Source: Longimicrobiales bacterium
Lineage (GTDB): Bacteria; Gemmatimonadota; Gemmatimonadetes; Longimicrobiales; Gaopeijiaceae
Length of the DNA stretch: 64,000 nt
Assembly (NCBI GenBank): GCA_965238005.1
Contig: OZ250165.1
Span: 3,488,001 to 3,552,000, forward strand
Direction of reading: 5' to 3'
Part shown: piece after piece, positions 40,180 through 51,914 of the stretch
How the letters are laid out: every line of letters starts with the position of its first letter
Numbering within the stretch: the stretch's first letter is position 1
Notes under the pieces: model-generated
Database searches by the model: none
What the model saw: only the letters and a program-made list of their open reading frames with translations
Told to the model about the DNA's origin: nothing
Translations under genes and position numbers: made by a program

Positions 40180-40776
40180 TCACACCTCCAGGACATGACC
40201 GTCCGGGCCTGCATTGAGGATGGGCGTGGATCCCAGGGTGGAACGTTGCCCCCAGCAGCCGTGGATGTGACCGCAGACGACCAGGCGGGGCGACACTCGC
40301 TCGATGGTGTCCAGGACCGCGTGGGTCCCGAGATGCGCTCCCCCGGTTTGATCCACGTGTCCGTAAGGCGGTGAATGGCTGACGAGAACGGCGTCCGCAG
40401 GGCAAGGCGCCAGCAGAATGTGCGCCTCTTGTTCGCTCAGATCGAAGCTCCAGGATCCGAAAGGCGTGATGGGGATGCCGGCGCCGATTCCGAAGAACTC
40501 GATGCCGTCGATGGTCACGAGGTCCCCGTGGAGCACGTTTGCCGTCTCCCATCCCCGGCACGCCGCACGGAGCTCGTCGTCGGACTCGCCGTTTCCGGGG
40601 ACCAGAACGGTGGGCCGGTCGATCTCCCTCAAGATGTCCATCACGTCCTCGATGCCCTCCCGCATTACGGCGAAATCCCCCGCTCCGACGACCACATCCA
40701 CGTCTTCGGCGCGGTCGACGATGGAGCGGGCCGCGGCCTTGCCGCGGTGGAGGTCACTGAAGACCAGAAGTCGCAT
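40180..40776 (-). CDS. Metallophosphoesterase (calcineurin-like)
   Basis: SDLH, GAGD, PGNGE, HSPP, CGHIH. Confidence 0.88.
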   Translation of the reverse strand: MRLLVFSDLHRGKAAARSIVDRAEDVDVVVGAGDFAVMREGIEDVMDILREIDRPTVLVPGNGESDDELRAACRGWETANVLHGDLVTIDGIEFFGIGAGIPITPFGSWSFDLSEQEAHILLAPCPADAVLVSHSPPYGHVDQTGGAHLGTHAVLDTIERVSPRLVVCGHIHGCWGQRSTLGSTPILNAGPDGHVLEV

Positions 40777-40804
40777 ATCTCTTGCCTTTGTTCGGTGTGC
40801 CTGC

Positions 40805-41300
40805 TCACCCACTGCGCAGGTAGTGATGAAACCAGTGCGCGAACGCCAGAAGAGGCCATGCCAGTTCCGTGCCTCTCGGGCTTTCCAACACGTGGCTCGT
40901 GAGCCTTGCCGGGTCGAACCACGCCTCGATGCCGGCTGGGAGCAAGGCCTCCTTCAACGCCGCGGCCGGCTGGGCCTGAACCCAACGGTGCTTTGGCACG
41001 GTGAAGCCCCGCTTCCGCCGATCTCCAAAGTTCTCACCCATGAGCTGCTCTGGCAGATAGGTCAAGATGCCGCTCAGGCGCGAGACGCAGCCCGGGCCCC
41101 ACCGCTCGTAGGCGGGCGGGAGCACCTCGGTGTCACTTCGCGTGTGGAACCGTCGTCCCTTCCCTTCCAGCTCGACCCGGAGCTCACGGAAGTTGTAGAT
41201 CTCGCCGTCGTAAACGAGGCGATAGCGACCGTCGCTCCCCACTATGGGCTGCTGCCCTCCCTCCAGGTCGATGACCTTGAGGCGCCGGTGGACACGATGA
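40805..41300 (-). pseudogene. asnB: Asparagine synthase (glutamine-hydrolysing) remnant
   Basis: HRRLKVIDL..GQQP..GEIYNFRELR..SDTEVL joined to the far C-terminal RRKRGFTVP; no N-terminal Cys and no synthetase core. Confidence 0.82.
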
Positions 41301-41502
41301 CGAGGAACCCGCACATGGACTCTGGAGCTTGAGACGTCTGGAGGAGTTGCCTCAAAACTATCGGACCTGGAGACGCGGTCCAGTTGGAGGCGACCCGTCA
41401 CCCCCGGGCGCCATTCTTCGGAACCCAGACGACCAGTACCTCGACGCGGTCATCCCGGACAGGCCTTCGGGCTCACCGTACGGAAGGGGAGATAGGTCGA
41501 GG

Positions 41503-42171
41503 TCAGCCGTGTGAGGGGCCCAGCGAATCGCCGTACCGGAGCGAGTTGGTCAGACGCCCCAGCTCGAACGCCTCGGACAGCGTGAGCATGAACGTTCCCT
41601 CTCCCCGGTTCGCCACCCATTCCTCTCCCACCTCCTGTGAGGCGAGGAAATGGATGTAGTTGCAGAAGCTGGAGATGACGCGGTTACCCTCGACGTCGCA
41701 GCTCTCGGGCTCCAGGAGCGACATGACGGTCTCTGCGGGTGAGACTTCCTCTACCCCTTCCGGACCAATTCTCAGGCGGATTTCTTCTCCCGTGGCTGGA
41801 CACGTCGAGACCACGTCGGCGGTCTTTCGCAGGATCCCCGGCAGGAAGAGCGCGTCCCAGGCGCACCAGGTGTATAGCTGTCGGTCTCCCAACCGGAACC
41901 GGTGAGGCATTTCGGAAATCGCCAGACCCCAGAACCCGATGAAGTCGCCGTCTTCGTTCCGATAGACGCCGGGCCAGTCACGGGTGAGGTCCTGGACTTC
42001 GTCGGAGGTCATGTCCAATTCGCGCCCCACATCTGAGTCGCTCACGGGAACGCCGTTCGCCAGGAGTCGATGAATGACGAGGGCCGCTCTCGTCTCGGTG
42101 GTGCTGAGGGCGCCGAAGCGACTGTGTATCCTCTCGGCTAGGCCCCGTAGATCGATGGTCGTTGTGCTGAT
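41503..42171 (-). CDS. merB: Organomercurial lyase MerB
   Basis: LYTWCAWDAL (catalytic Cys/Asp), STCPATG, SFCNYIHF. The likely start is ATC at 42171 behind a GGGAG RBS; the frame is open to 42273. Confidence 0.85.
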   Translation of the reverse strand: MSTTTIDLRGLAERIHSRFGALSTTETRAALVIHRLLANGVPVSDSDVGRELDMTSDEVQDLTRDWPGVYRNEDGDFIGFWGLAISEMPHRFRLGDRQLYTWCAWDALFLPGILRKTADVVSTCPATGEEIRLRIGPEGVEEVSPAETVMSLLEPESCDVEGNRVISSFCNYIHFLASQEVGEEWVANRGEGTFMLTLSEAFELGRLTNSLRYGDSLGPSHG

Positions 42172-42360
42172 GTGGCTTCTCCCTTGCTCTCCAGCCTCCG
42201 TCGATGCCGAGGCACCGATGATGATCGATTGGTTGATGTATCCCCAACCCCCCCAGGGGGAGATTGGTTCCACCGAAGATCGTACAGATGTGAGGTCAAC
42301 GCAAGGAAGGGAGACCCCACCCCGGGAATGCCCGGTTGGCGCCGCGGGTGGGGTGCCGTG

Positions 42361-42672
42361 TCAGGTCTGCTTCAGCATGGTGGCGAGGACGCGGGTCAGC
42401 CGGTCGATTCTCTCCTCCTGCTCCTGGGGGTCCTCGCATTGGGAGAGACAGGCCTTGAGCTCATCCTCCACCAGAGTGGAAGCAAAGCGGTTGAGTGCAC
42501 CTTTTACGGCCGTCACCTGGAGCAGGATCTCGTCGGCCCAATCACGCTCGTCAACCATCTTGGAGATGGCTCGGACGTGGCCCTCGACTCGAGCCAGACG
42601 GGCCAGGAGAGCCTTCTTGGACTCGTCCGTCAGATAGGGACTGCCCACGTCCGCATTCGTGCTGTCGCTCAA
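42361..42672 (-). CDS. CsoR/RcnR-family metal-sensing repressor
   Basis: LLARLARVEGHVRAISKMV..EILLQVTAVKGAL..C; TTG start with a GGAG RBS. Confidence 0.82.
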   Translation of the reverse strand: MSDSTNADVGSPYLTDESKKALLARLARVEGHVRAISKMVDERDWADEILLQVTAVKGALNRFASTLVEDELKACLSQCEDPQEQEERIDRLTRVLATMLKQT

Positions 42673-43044
42673 GTCTCCGCCTCCGTTCGAATACGCCGCA
42701 CCGCACCGGCCGAGGTCACCCACGGGCCGACGAACGGCTCCGGAGGTTGTCCTCCGGGGCCGGGCGAGCGACGGCACCGGCGGGCCTCCCGTACCCGGGC
42801 CGGTCTTCCCGGAAGCGCCCTGGGCGGCTCCCGGCCTCGCGGGCCCGACAAGGTAGCACCCGGAGCACGGGTGGACACGGGTGCCGTCGGGCCACCGACC
42901 GTACCCCGACAGAAGGAATCCCCTCGTTCGTTTCGTCGGTGATGGACCGAGCGAGATGGGCTCAGATGACGGCCGGCCTCTCCTTCGCGGTCGGTGGATG
43001 ATGGGGAAGCGGGGTGGCGGAACGGCCGCCACCCCGCGGTGCCC

Positions 43045-43959
43045 CTAACGGATGCTCGCGGCACCCGTGGGCAGTGAGCCGAGGTTGCTCCCCAGGGAAT
43101 ACGTCGTGTGGTCCACGGCGCTCGCCGGTATCATGCCCACCAGGGGCTTGAGGGTGAACGGCGTGCTGGCGTCGTCGGGATCCGGCTCGATGGAGATGAC
43201 CGCAGTGCCCCCCGCGAGATCCGTGGGGAAAGCAAGACCTGCCGGAGCGTTGACGAGGTAGTCCTCACCGGGGAACGGGGGACCATCCATCGTTCCGCTG
43301 AACGGGGCACCATCGTCGACCATGTCCACCGCGGTGAAGGTACCGGACGTCACCGGAGTACCACCCATCACCGCCCATCCCTCGTACTTCCACCCCGCTG
43401 GTAGCGTGGGAAGCGTCAGGCCCGCTGCCGGCGCTCCGGAAGCCAGACTCAGAAACCAGATCCCGCTGTTCTCGTCGTTGTCCGCCCCGTTGGTCGGGGT
43501 CGCGAGAATGTAGTCGCCGGCCGCGCCGGCGAAGTCGTTCCCGAGGGCCGCGGCATGTCCCACGGAGAGGGTCGCGAACTGGTTGGACACGCTTCCTGCC
43601 GCGATGTGGGTGTCCGCCGGGACGGCATCCGTGTCACCGGCGGGCTCGATAGTCAGGACGATGGCGGTGGCGGTGGACAGGTCCATCCCCGTCGAGAAGG
43701 TGCTGCCGGGGATGCTCGCGCCCGAAATGGTCACGAGTCCGCCGTCCGCATCGATGTTGAACTTCCCGGTAGAGACCGGCGCTCCCCCGATGATCGCCCA
43801 GCCCTCGTAGTGGAAGCCGTTCATCAACTGCTCGAATCCCGTCAACGTCAGCTGGAGGTTCTCCATCAACGGCACCATGGGATCGTCGTCGTCGTCGCTG
43901 CAGGCCGCGCCCATGAATACCGTAAGCGCCAGGGCGGCCACCAAGGTGGATCTCTTCAT
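43045..43959 (-). CDS. Lipoprotein with two repeated YEGW domains (often labelled anti-sigma-K-like)
   Basis: Lipobox GAAC; YEGWA..PV.TG.F..TIEP/SIEP occurs twice; GAGGAG RBS. Confidence 0.75.
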   Translation of the reverse strand: MKRSTLVAALALTVFMGAACSDDDDDPMVPLMENLQLTLTGFEQLMNGFHYEGWAIIGGAPVSTGKFNIDADGGLVTISGASIPGSTFSTGMDLSTATAIVLTIEPAGDTDAVPADTHIAAGSVSNQFATLSVGHAAALGNDFAGAAGDYILATPTNGADNDENSGIWFLSLASGAPAAGLTLPTLPAGWKYEGWAVMGGTPVTSGTFTAVDMVDDGAPFSGTMDGPPFPGEDYLVNAPAGLAFPTDLAGGTAVISIEPDPDDASTPFTLKPLVGMIPASAVDHTTYSLGSNLGSLPTGAASIR

Positions 43960-44046
43960 TGCTTTCTCTCCTCGTTCGGATGTGAATCACCGGAATGACG
44001 GCCCCTTGGGTGTCCGTGGGCCGTCCGTCCACGGCAGATCCGGACT

Positions 44047-44062
44047 TGCATGAGGCGTGCGA
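44047..44062 (-). promoter_or_regulatory. Degenerate sigma-54 -24/-12 promoter candidate
   Basis: TCGCACGCCTCATGCA versus consensus TGGCACG-N4-TTGCA (two mismatches, one in the conserved GG); about 90 bp upstream of the lipoprotein gene. Confidence 0.35.
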
Positions 44063-44374
44063 GGGATCCTGGCGGACGCGGGTACGGCTCTTCGGGAAGG
44101 CAGGCGGCCGTTTTTCCGCGGGTCGCGCCTCTCGGGCGGATGCTGCCTCCACGTTCCACGGAACACCGGGGCCGCGTTTCATGCCCTGCCTTTGAAACGG
44201 ACGCCTCCCGCCCCAGGGCCCGGAAAAGCCCGCAATCCGGACCTTTGGACGGAGGGAACGGTTTGTGCATGAGGGGCACGACATCATTCGAAGCACCAAA
44301 GTGCGGCCTTGGCGGTACCTGGATCATCCATTAGCGTGAATCCGCGCCGGAGAGCCGGCCGAAGGAGTAGATTC

Positions 44375-46131
44375 GTGACGCTACAGCGCTCACTCATGGC
44401 CCTTGTGGCCATCGCCCTCTTCGCAGGACTCATGCCTCTGGCCGTGGTCCTCGACCAACGTCTCGAGACGGCGCTCGAGCAGAAGGCTCGCGACGATCTG
44501 GAGCTGGCTCCGCTCGTCCTGGAGAGCCGCGTCCGGGATCTGGCCGGAGGCCGGATGATGCACGCCAAGGAGCTGAGTGGAACGCCCGGCCTCGCCGCCG
44601 CCCTGGCGACCGGCGATCACGAGCGCGGCGAGAGCCTGCTCGCTGCCGCCCCGGGTTATCCGGGTGAGCGTCCCCTCTTGGTAGGTCCTGGGGGCGAATC
44701 CGTGATGGGGCCGCTGCCGCCGACCGCGCTCTTGGATCAGACGCGGGACGGGGGCATGCCCGTCCAGGTGATCCTCCTCGACGACAGCCTCCTCGCAACG
44801 GTTGCCATCGCCCCGATCATGTATGACGGCAGTTGGGTCGGCTCCGCCGGCATCTGGGCCCCCGTCGACATGGACGAGTCCGCCCACCTGGCCGCCCTGA
44901 CTCGGACCAACGTCCTGATCTCCTTCGGCGACGGAACGTTGGGCCCGTACTCGGGCCAGGGTGAAGCGGCCATGGGCCTCCAGGCCACGCTGATGGATCG
45001 AGGATCGCCGGAGGGTCAGGTCGTCGAGCTGGAGTGGGAGGGCGATCGGTACCTCCTGCGCACCGCCCTCATGGATGATGCCCGGGTGACGTTCGTGAGG
45101 AACCTGAACGACGAGATGGCCATCGTCCCCGAGCTTCGGCGGGCGGGCCTGATGTTGTTGATGGCCACCCTCGCGTTCGCCCTGGTAGTGGGTGGAGCGT
45201 TCGCCTCCCGGCTCGCGAGGCCCATCGGAGCCCTGGCGTCTGCCGCGGATCGGCTCGCTGCGGGCGACTTCGACACGCCGGTGCCCGGCTCCGCGATTCG
45301 GGAAGTCGAGCAGGTCCGAGAGGCCTTCAACGTCATGCGGATCGCCCTGGCGGAGCGCATGCAAAAGCTTCAAGAGGCGAACCGAGAGCTCGCCGACGGT
45401 CAGGCTCGGCTCGGCGCGCTCCAGGCCGAGCTGATCCAGCGGGACCGGCTGGCCGCAGCCGGACGGCTTCTCACGACGCTGGCCCACGAGATACGCAATC
45501 CGGTGGCGAACGTGCGCAACTGTCTGGAGATCCTCCGCCGCCGCGTCTACACCGATTCGGAGGCCCGGGAGTTCGCCGACATGGCCATCGACGAGCTTCT
45601 GCGCATGCACGAGCTGGCCGAGCAGATGCTGGACCTGCACCGGCCGCGCGATCCCACCGAGACCGAATGCGACGCCGGAACGGTGGCGCAGGAAGTAGCC
45701 TCACTGATGCGGGTCGGACTGAGAGACCAGGAGATAGCTGTGTCGGTGACGGCCGAGGGATCCGCCGAAGCGGCCCTGCCACCCGACACGCTAAAGCAGA
45801 TCCTCCTGAACGTGACACAGAACGCCTGCGAAGCGATCCGAGCAGCCGGTGACGTTCATCTGGACGTGCATCGCGAAGCCCAGGCGGTGGTGGTGGAGGT
45901 GCAGGATACCGGGCCCGGAATCCAGTCCGAGGTCCTGCCCCGCATCTTCGATCCGTTTTTCACTACCAAGGCGTCGGTGGACGGGGTTGGTCTCGGCCTG
46001 TTCACGGCGGAGGGCCTCCTGCGGGGCGGCGGCGGTCGCATGACCGCCCGCAACCGCGACGACGGCACGGGAGCGATCTTCCGGATCGAGCTTCCTGCGG
46101 CTCCCGTCGAGCAGGAAGAGGCAATGGCCTG

Positions 46132-46132
<1 letters not shown>
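44375..46132 (+). CDS. HAMP-domain sensor histidine kinase
   Basis: Two TM helices, HAMP, H-box LAHEIRNP, N box, DTGPG, PFFTTK, GLGL; AAGGAG RBS plus GTG. Confidence 0.93.
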
Positions 46133-47496
<1,364 letters not shown>

Positions 47497-47566
47497 CCGG
47501 CGAGGAGTCCCACCGCCGAAATCGAGGAACGGGCGGAGGTGGCCGTGGCCTACGAGGAGGTCAGCC

Positions 47567-48364
47567 CTACCGCGGGAAGAGCCCCGACAGGCCCAACGTG
47601 AACCCGAAATCCGGGGCCTGGTCCGTGACGCCCACGGCAGCCGCCGCGTCCAGTTGCCATCGCGGGTTCAGCAGAAAGGTGCCCCCGAAGTCGACGAAAC
47701 CGACGTTGCCGCCGTACTGGTCTTCCGCGATCTGTTCGAAGGCGATTTCGACGAAGGCTCGGAGCGAGTCGGTGAGCCCCTTCCCGACCACCGCACCGAA
47801 GATGCCCGACACGAAGCGCCGGCCGTCATCGCGATCGTAGAGGATCCCAGGCATGATCCCGATCCCCCAATCGCGCTCCAGCGCCCATTCCGCCACGAAC
47901 CGAAGCGACGGCCGCGTTCCGTTGCCGCGGAAATCGTCGGACCCGGTGGGCAGGTCGGCGTGAACCAGGACGGCCATAGCAGGCGCGCTGCCCGTCTCAG
48001 GAGCGAAGAACGCCCACTTCACACCGACCGCGAAGTCGGAGACGCCTTTGGTCGTGAGCTCGGGGGATTCCTCCCCCTCCTCGAGTGTGCTTCGGATGAA
48101 CCAGTCCGACTCCAGGCGCAGCTCCCAGGCGTCGGCGATACCCACCCGGAAGAGGAAGGGAGTGGCCCAGTTCTCGACCTCCGTCCCGAGAATCTCCGTT
48201 TCGTCGAACGCGACGGAGCCTTCGACCTGGACGCTGCCCTTACCCACTGTCGAGCTGGACTCGACGAAGTCGGGCCGATCGGTCCCGATGGACTGGGAGA
48301 GGACCATCCCCGGGACAACCGCTGGTGTCAGTGTAATGAGAACGGTGGTGCGAAGGCGAAACAT
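47567..48364 (-). CDS. Outer-membrane beta-barrel 'transporter' (phenol-degradation MetA-like family)
   Basis: Signal peptide, TDRPDF motif, amphipathic beta strands, aromatic residue near the C-terminus. Confidence 0.78.
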   Translation of the reverse strand: MFRLRTTVLITLTPAVVPGMVLSQSIGTDRPDFVESSSTVGKGSVQVEGSVAFDETEILGTEVENWATPFLFRVGIADAWELRLESDWFIRSTLEEGEESPELTTKGVSDFAVGVKWAFFAPETGSAPAMAVLVHADLPTGSDDFRGNGTRPSLRFVAEWALERDWGIGIMPGILYDRDDGRRFVSGIFGAVVGKGLTDSLRAFVEIAFEQIAEDQYGGNVGFVDFGGTFLLNPRWQLDAAAAVGVTDQAPDFGFTLGLSGLFPR

Positions 48365-48387
48365 GGCGACCCCAAGTGGCGAGTAAA

Positions 48388-48429
48388 TTTAGGCTAGCCT
48401 AAAAATACCTAGAATCACCGATTTGCCAA
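48388..48429 (-). promoter_or_regulatory. Sigma-70-type promoter overlapped by a DtxR/MntR-like operator
   Basis: Perfect palindrome TTTAGGCTAGCCTAAA (48388-48403); TTGGCA-N16-TATTTT directly upstream. Confidence 0.7.
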
Positions 48430-48511
48430 GGGCCGTGGGGTTAGCCGCCCGCCATCCGGGCGCTTCCAGGGTGGGCCCGCGCGCCCCCGGGGCTCGGCCC
48501 GAAGCGGATCG

Positions 48512-49366
48512 CTACTCCGAGACCTCGCCGCCCTCGGGCTCCGGTTCCCCACTGGCGGCTCGTCCCCCGTAGACCTCGGGCACCCAGTTCATGCTTTCGA
48601 GCAGTGGGCGACGGTAGTTGGGATCCCGTTGGAGGTCGGGAAGCTCGATGGGATCCTCCGGGAGATCCTGATACGGAATCGTTTCCAGGAGGTGGTGGAT
48701 GCAATTCAGCCGCGCGTGACGCTTCACATCGGCTTTCACCACGTACCAGGGGGCCACGTCGATATCCGTATAGGTGAACATGGCGTCCTTGGCTCGGGAG
48801 TAGTCCGTCCACCGGGCGCGTGAAGCCACGTCCACAGGGCCGATCTTCCAACGCTTCCGCGGATCGTCGATGCGACCGCGGAGCCGCCGCTCCTGCTCCT
48901 CGGCGCTGATGGCGAACCAGTACTTGATGAGAATCATCCCCGAATTCACGAGCATTCTCTCGAAGTCCGGACAGGACCGAAGAAACTCCCGGTACTCGTC
49001 GTCGGTGCAGAACCCCATCACGCGCTCCACCCCCACCCGGTTGTACCAGCTCCTATCGAACAGGACCATCTCTCCGGCGCCAGGCAGATGGGGCGCGTAC
49101 CGCTGGAAGTACCACTGGCTCTTCTCGCGCTCCGTGGGGATGCCCAGTGCCACGACCTTCACGACGCGAGCGTTCAGCCGCTGGGTGATCCGCTTGATGA
49201 CTCCGCCCTTACCGGCGGCGTCGCGGCCCTCGAAGATGATGGCCACCCTCATCCCCGTGTGCTTGATCCAGTCTTGAAGGCTCACGAGCTCTTCCTGCAG
49301 CCTGAGGAGCTCGTTCTCGTAGTACTTCTTTTCGACTCGCCCGTCCGGCCTGTATCGCTCCGTCAT
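48512..49366 (-). CDS. ppk2: Polyphosphate kinase 2
   Basis: FEGRDAAGKGG, WYFQRY, FDRSWYNR. Confidence 0.95.
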   Translation of the reverse strand: MTERYRPDGRVEKKYYENELLRLQEELVSLQDWIKHTGMRVAIIFEGRDAAGKGGVIKRITQRLNARVVKVVALGIPTEREKSQWYFQRYAPHLPGAGEMVLFDRSWYNRVGVERVMGFCTDDEYREFLRSCPDFERMLVNSGMILIKYWFAISAEEQERRLRGRIDDPRKRWKIGPVDVASRARWTDYSRAKDAMFTYTDIDVAPWYVVKADVKRHARLNCIHHLLETIPYQDLPEDPIELPDLQRDPNYRRPLLESMNWVPEVYGGRAASGEPEPEGGEVSE

Positions 49367-49483
49367 TGTGTGCCTCTCCGATGAGATCGCATCGGTAGGG
49401 AGACTCGCGCCTCAAATACGCGGACTACTACTTCGGAGGCAACCACGCGGATCGACCAGGTGGAGGAGCTGCGGCCGGAGTGG

Positions 49484-50635
49484 CTACCTCCTGGCGTGCC
49501 AGGCCGCCAGGACTTCCGCTTCCCGCTCGGCCGAGATGCCGGCCCGAAGTCGAGCCTGGCGCTCTGGTGGCCGGGAGAAGTGATAGTCGAGCGTGTCCCT
49601 GGCTGTGATCGCCAGGGGCCGGAACGTCAGCCCGGCCTCCACCTCAGCCGAGAGATCGAAACGGGCGAAGCCTTGTCGCCCCTCGATGGGAGGCATCCAA
49701 ACGGGCATGTGGGAGTAGGGGCGGATGCCGATCTCGGTGAGGAACTCGTAGTTCACCCACGTGAACGTCGTCTCGGCCGTTGTGACAGCGCGGATCCCGT
49801 AGAGAAGCTCCGAAATGGGACGAGGCGTGGCCGGGCCCACCCCGTTGAACACGCCGGTGTGGCCCGTCTCCGCCATGCGGATCATCCACTCGGTCAGGTC
49901 CCGGACGTCGATGATCTGCACGGGATCGGACGGATCGCCGGGTGAGAGCACCTGCCCGCCCCGATGGATGCGAACCGGCCAATAGGTGAACCGGTCGCTC
50001 TCGTCCCCGGGGCCGATGATGAGGCCGGGCCGCACGATGTTCGTACGCCCCAAGAAGATCCGTTGTGCCTCTCGCTCCGAGAGCGCCTTGGCGAGCCCGT
50101 ACGGCAGTCGTTCGGCGCCGCGGGCCACGCCGGCGGTCTCGTAGGTGAATGTCGGAGCAGCGGCCGTCATGGGGATCCGGCGCGTGTCGGCGTACGCGGA
50201 TCGAGACGAAACGTAGAAGTAGCGATCCACCGAATCCTTTAGCAGCTCGGCGGACATGCGCACCCAGCCGGGGTTGGACCGCGAGTTGTCGATCACCACG
50301 TCCCAGCTCCGCCCCCTGAGGGCATCCAACTGTCCGTTCCGGTCCCCGATGAGCTTCTCGACCTCCGGAAAGAGGTCCCGGTTGGTGCGACCGCGGTTGA
50401 AGAGCGTGACCGTATGGCCCCGCTCCAGCGCGTACCGGACCTGAAAGGGGCCGATGAACCCGGTGCCGCCGAGGATCAAGATCCGAAGGGCTGTCCGGGA
50501 GTCCCGCTGCGGCGGCAGCGGTTGGTGCAGCGGGGTAGCTGTCGTCGCCCCGATCAGGCTTGGTGTGATTCCCAGGCCAAAGGCCCCACCGGCCACTGCA
50601 GAGAGTCGCAGAAAATCTCTTCGATCGGTCGTCAT
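49484..50635 (-). CDS. Tat-signal NAD-dependent epimerase/dehydratase (atypical SDR)
   Basis: DRRDFLR signal; ILGGTGFIG; YGLAK; RFTYWP. Confidence 0.88.
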   Translation of the reverse strand: MTTDRRDFLRLSAVAGGAFGLGITPSLIGATTATPLHQPLPPQRDSRTALRILILGGTGFIGPFQVRYALERGHTVTLFNRGRTNRDLFPEVEKLIGDRNGQLDALRGRSWDVVIDNSRSNPGWVRMSAELLKDSVDRYFYVSSRSAYADTRRIPMTAAAPTFTYETAGVARGAERLPYGLAKALSEREAQRIFLGRTNIVRPGLIIGPGDESDRFTYWPVRIHRGGQVLSPGDPSDPVQIIDVRDLTEWMIRMAETGHTGVFNGVGPATPRPISELLYGIRAVTTAETTFTWVNYEFLTEIGIRPYSHMPVWMPPIEGRQGFARFDLSAEVEAGLTFRPLAITARDTLDYHFSRPPERQARLRAGISAEREAEVLAAWHARR

Positions 50636-50819
50636 GGATTCCCTCCGGGTAGACGCTCGCTCGTCTCTGGTGCTCGCGACCTACAACCTGCGGCGGGCGG
50701 GACCTCCAATTCAAGCTCCGGCGGGTTGCGGCATCGTCCACCAACCCCCTAGCATCGGTCTGCACGTCACACCGAAGAGCGGGACATGCAGATGGCCTAC
50801 CACGATATGGGAGTAGATC

Positions 50820-51905
50820 ATGAGTAGTGAGCGATCGGGGATCGATCGGCGGGATTTCTTCCGCCACAGCGTGGGGATAGGGGCGGGGGCCATGGCTCTC
50901 GGCCGCCTGCCCGAGGGTCTCGCCCGCCCGAGGAGCGGGGCCGCCGGCACCCCCCTCATCATCACGAGCCACTCCAACGAGACGGGACAGGAAGCCATGC
51001 GTCAGGCATGGGAGATCTTGAACGGCGGCGGCACGGCCCTCGATGCCGTGGAGCGCGGCGCCAACGTCATCGAGGTGGATCCGGAGGACTCGAGCGTCGG
51101 CTATGGTGGTCTTCCGAACGAGGACGGAGTCGTCCAGCTCGACGCGTCCATCATGGATGGCAAGACCTACAGCGCCGGCTCCGTAGCTTCTCTGGAGAAC
51201 ATTAAGACGCCCGCCTCGGTGGCTCGCCTCGTCATGGAGCGCACAGACCACATCATGCTCGTCGGCGAAGGTGCTTTGGAGTTCGCCCGTTCATTCGGGT
51301 TCGAGGAGGTGGACCTCATGACCGAGAAGTCGCGGGAGCGGTGGCTCCGCTGGCGGGAGAACCACAGCGACCGGGACGACTGGGGACCGCCCGACCACCT
51401 CCGACGGCCCATCGGAGAGGAGATGGGGAGCTGGGAAGAGAAGGTCGACTTCCACTACGGCACGACCAACGTCCTGGCCGTGGACTCGAACGGAGACGTC
51501 TCCGGCATCACGACTACGAGCGGGCTGAGCTGGAAGGTCGATGGACGCATCGGCGACTCCCCCGTCATCGGGGCCGGTCTGTACGTCGACAATGACATCG
51601 GGGCCGCAGGCGCCACCGGTCGTGGCGAGGACGTCATCAAGTGCTGCGCTTCGTACTACATCGTCATGCGCATGGGCCAGGGATGCTCGCCCGAGCAGGC
51701 GTGCGAAGACGCGTGCGAGCTCATCGTACACAAATACCGGAACGTGAACCCGAGCTTCTTCCCGTCGGAGAAGTTCGTTGCCATCAACAGGGACGGGGAG
51801 TACGGCGCAGCCTCGATGGGCAATAACCGGGGCCGTCCCAAGATGACCGTGCGGCACCCGCAGGGGCAGGAGATCTACGAGGGCAGTACGCACTACACCG
51901 GGTGA
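50820..51905 (+). CDS. Tat-signal N(4)-(beta-N-acetylglucosaminyl)-L-asparaginase family (Ntn hydrolase)
   Basis: DRRDFFR signal; SVGYGGLP, LDASIMDG, G-T cleavage site, GRIGDSPVIGAG. Confidence 0.88.
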   Translation: MSSERSGIDRRDFFRHSVGIGAGAMALGRLPEGLARPRSGAAGTPLIITSHSNETGQEAMRQAWEILNGGGTALDAVERGANVIEVDPEDSSVGYGGLPNEDGVVQLDASIMDGKTYSAGSVASLENIKTPASVARLVMERTDHIMLVGEGALEFARSFGFEEVDLMTEKSRERWLRWRENHSDRDDWGPPDHLRRPIGEEMGSWEEKVDFHYGTTNVLAVDSNGDVSGITTTSGLSWKVDGRIGDSPVIGAGLYVDNDIGAAGATGRGEDVIKCCASYYIVMRMGQGCSPEQACEDACELIVHKYRNVNPSFFPSEKFVAINRDGEYGAASMGNNRGRPKMTVRHPQGQEIYEGSTHYTG

Positions 51906-51914
51906 CGGCACGCG

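Noticed and set aside
38699..40561. 620-aa version of the dipeptidase and other 5'-extended ORFs (csoR-like, batB, PLP enzyme)
   Set aside because: The extensions overlap upstream genes and are low-complexity; internal starts with an RBS or signal peptide fit better.
44150..44166. parS-like GTTCCACGGAAC
   Set aside because: Two bases short of the 16-bp parS palindrome; kept only as a possible enhancer site.
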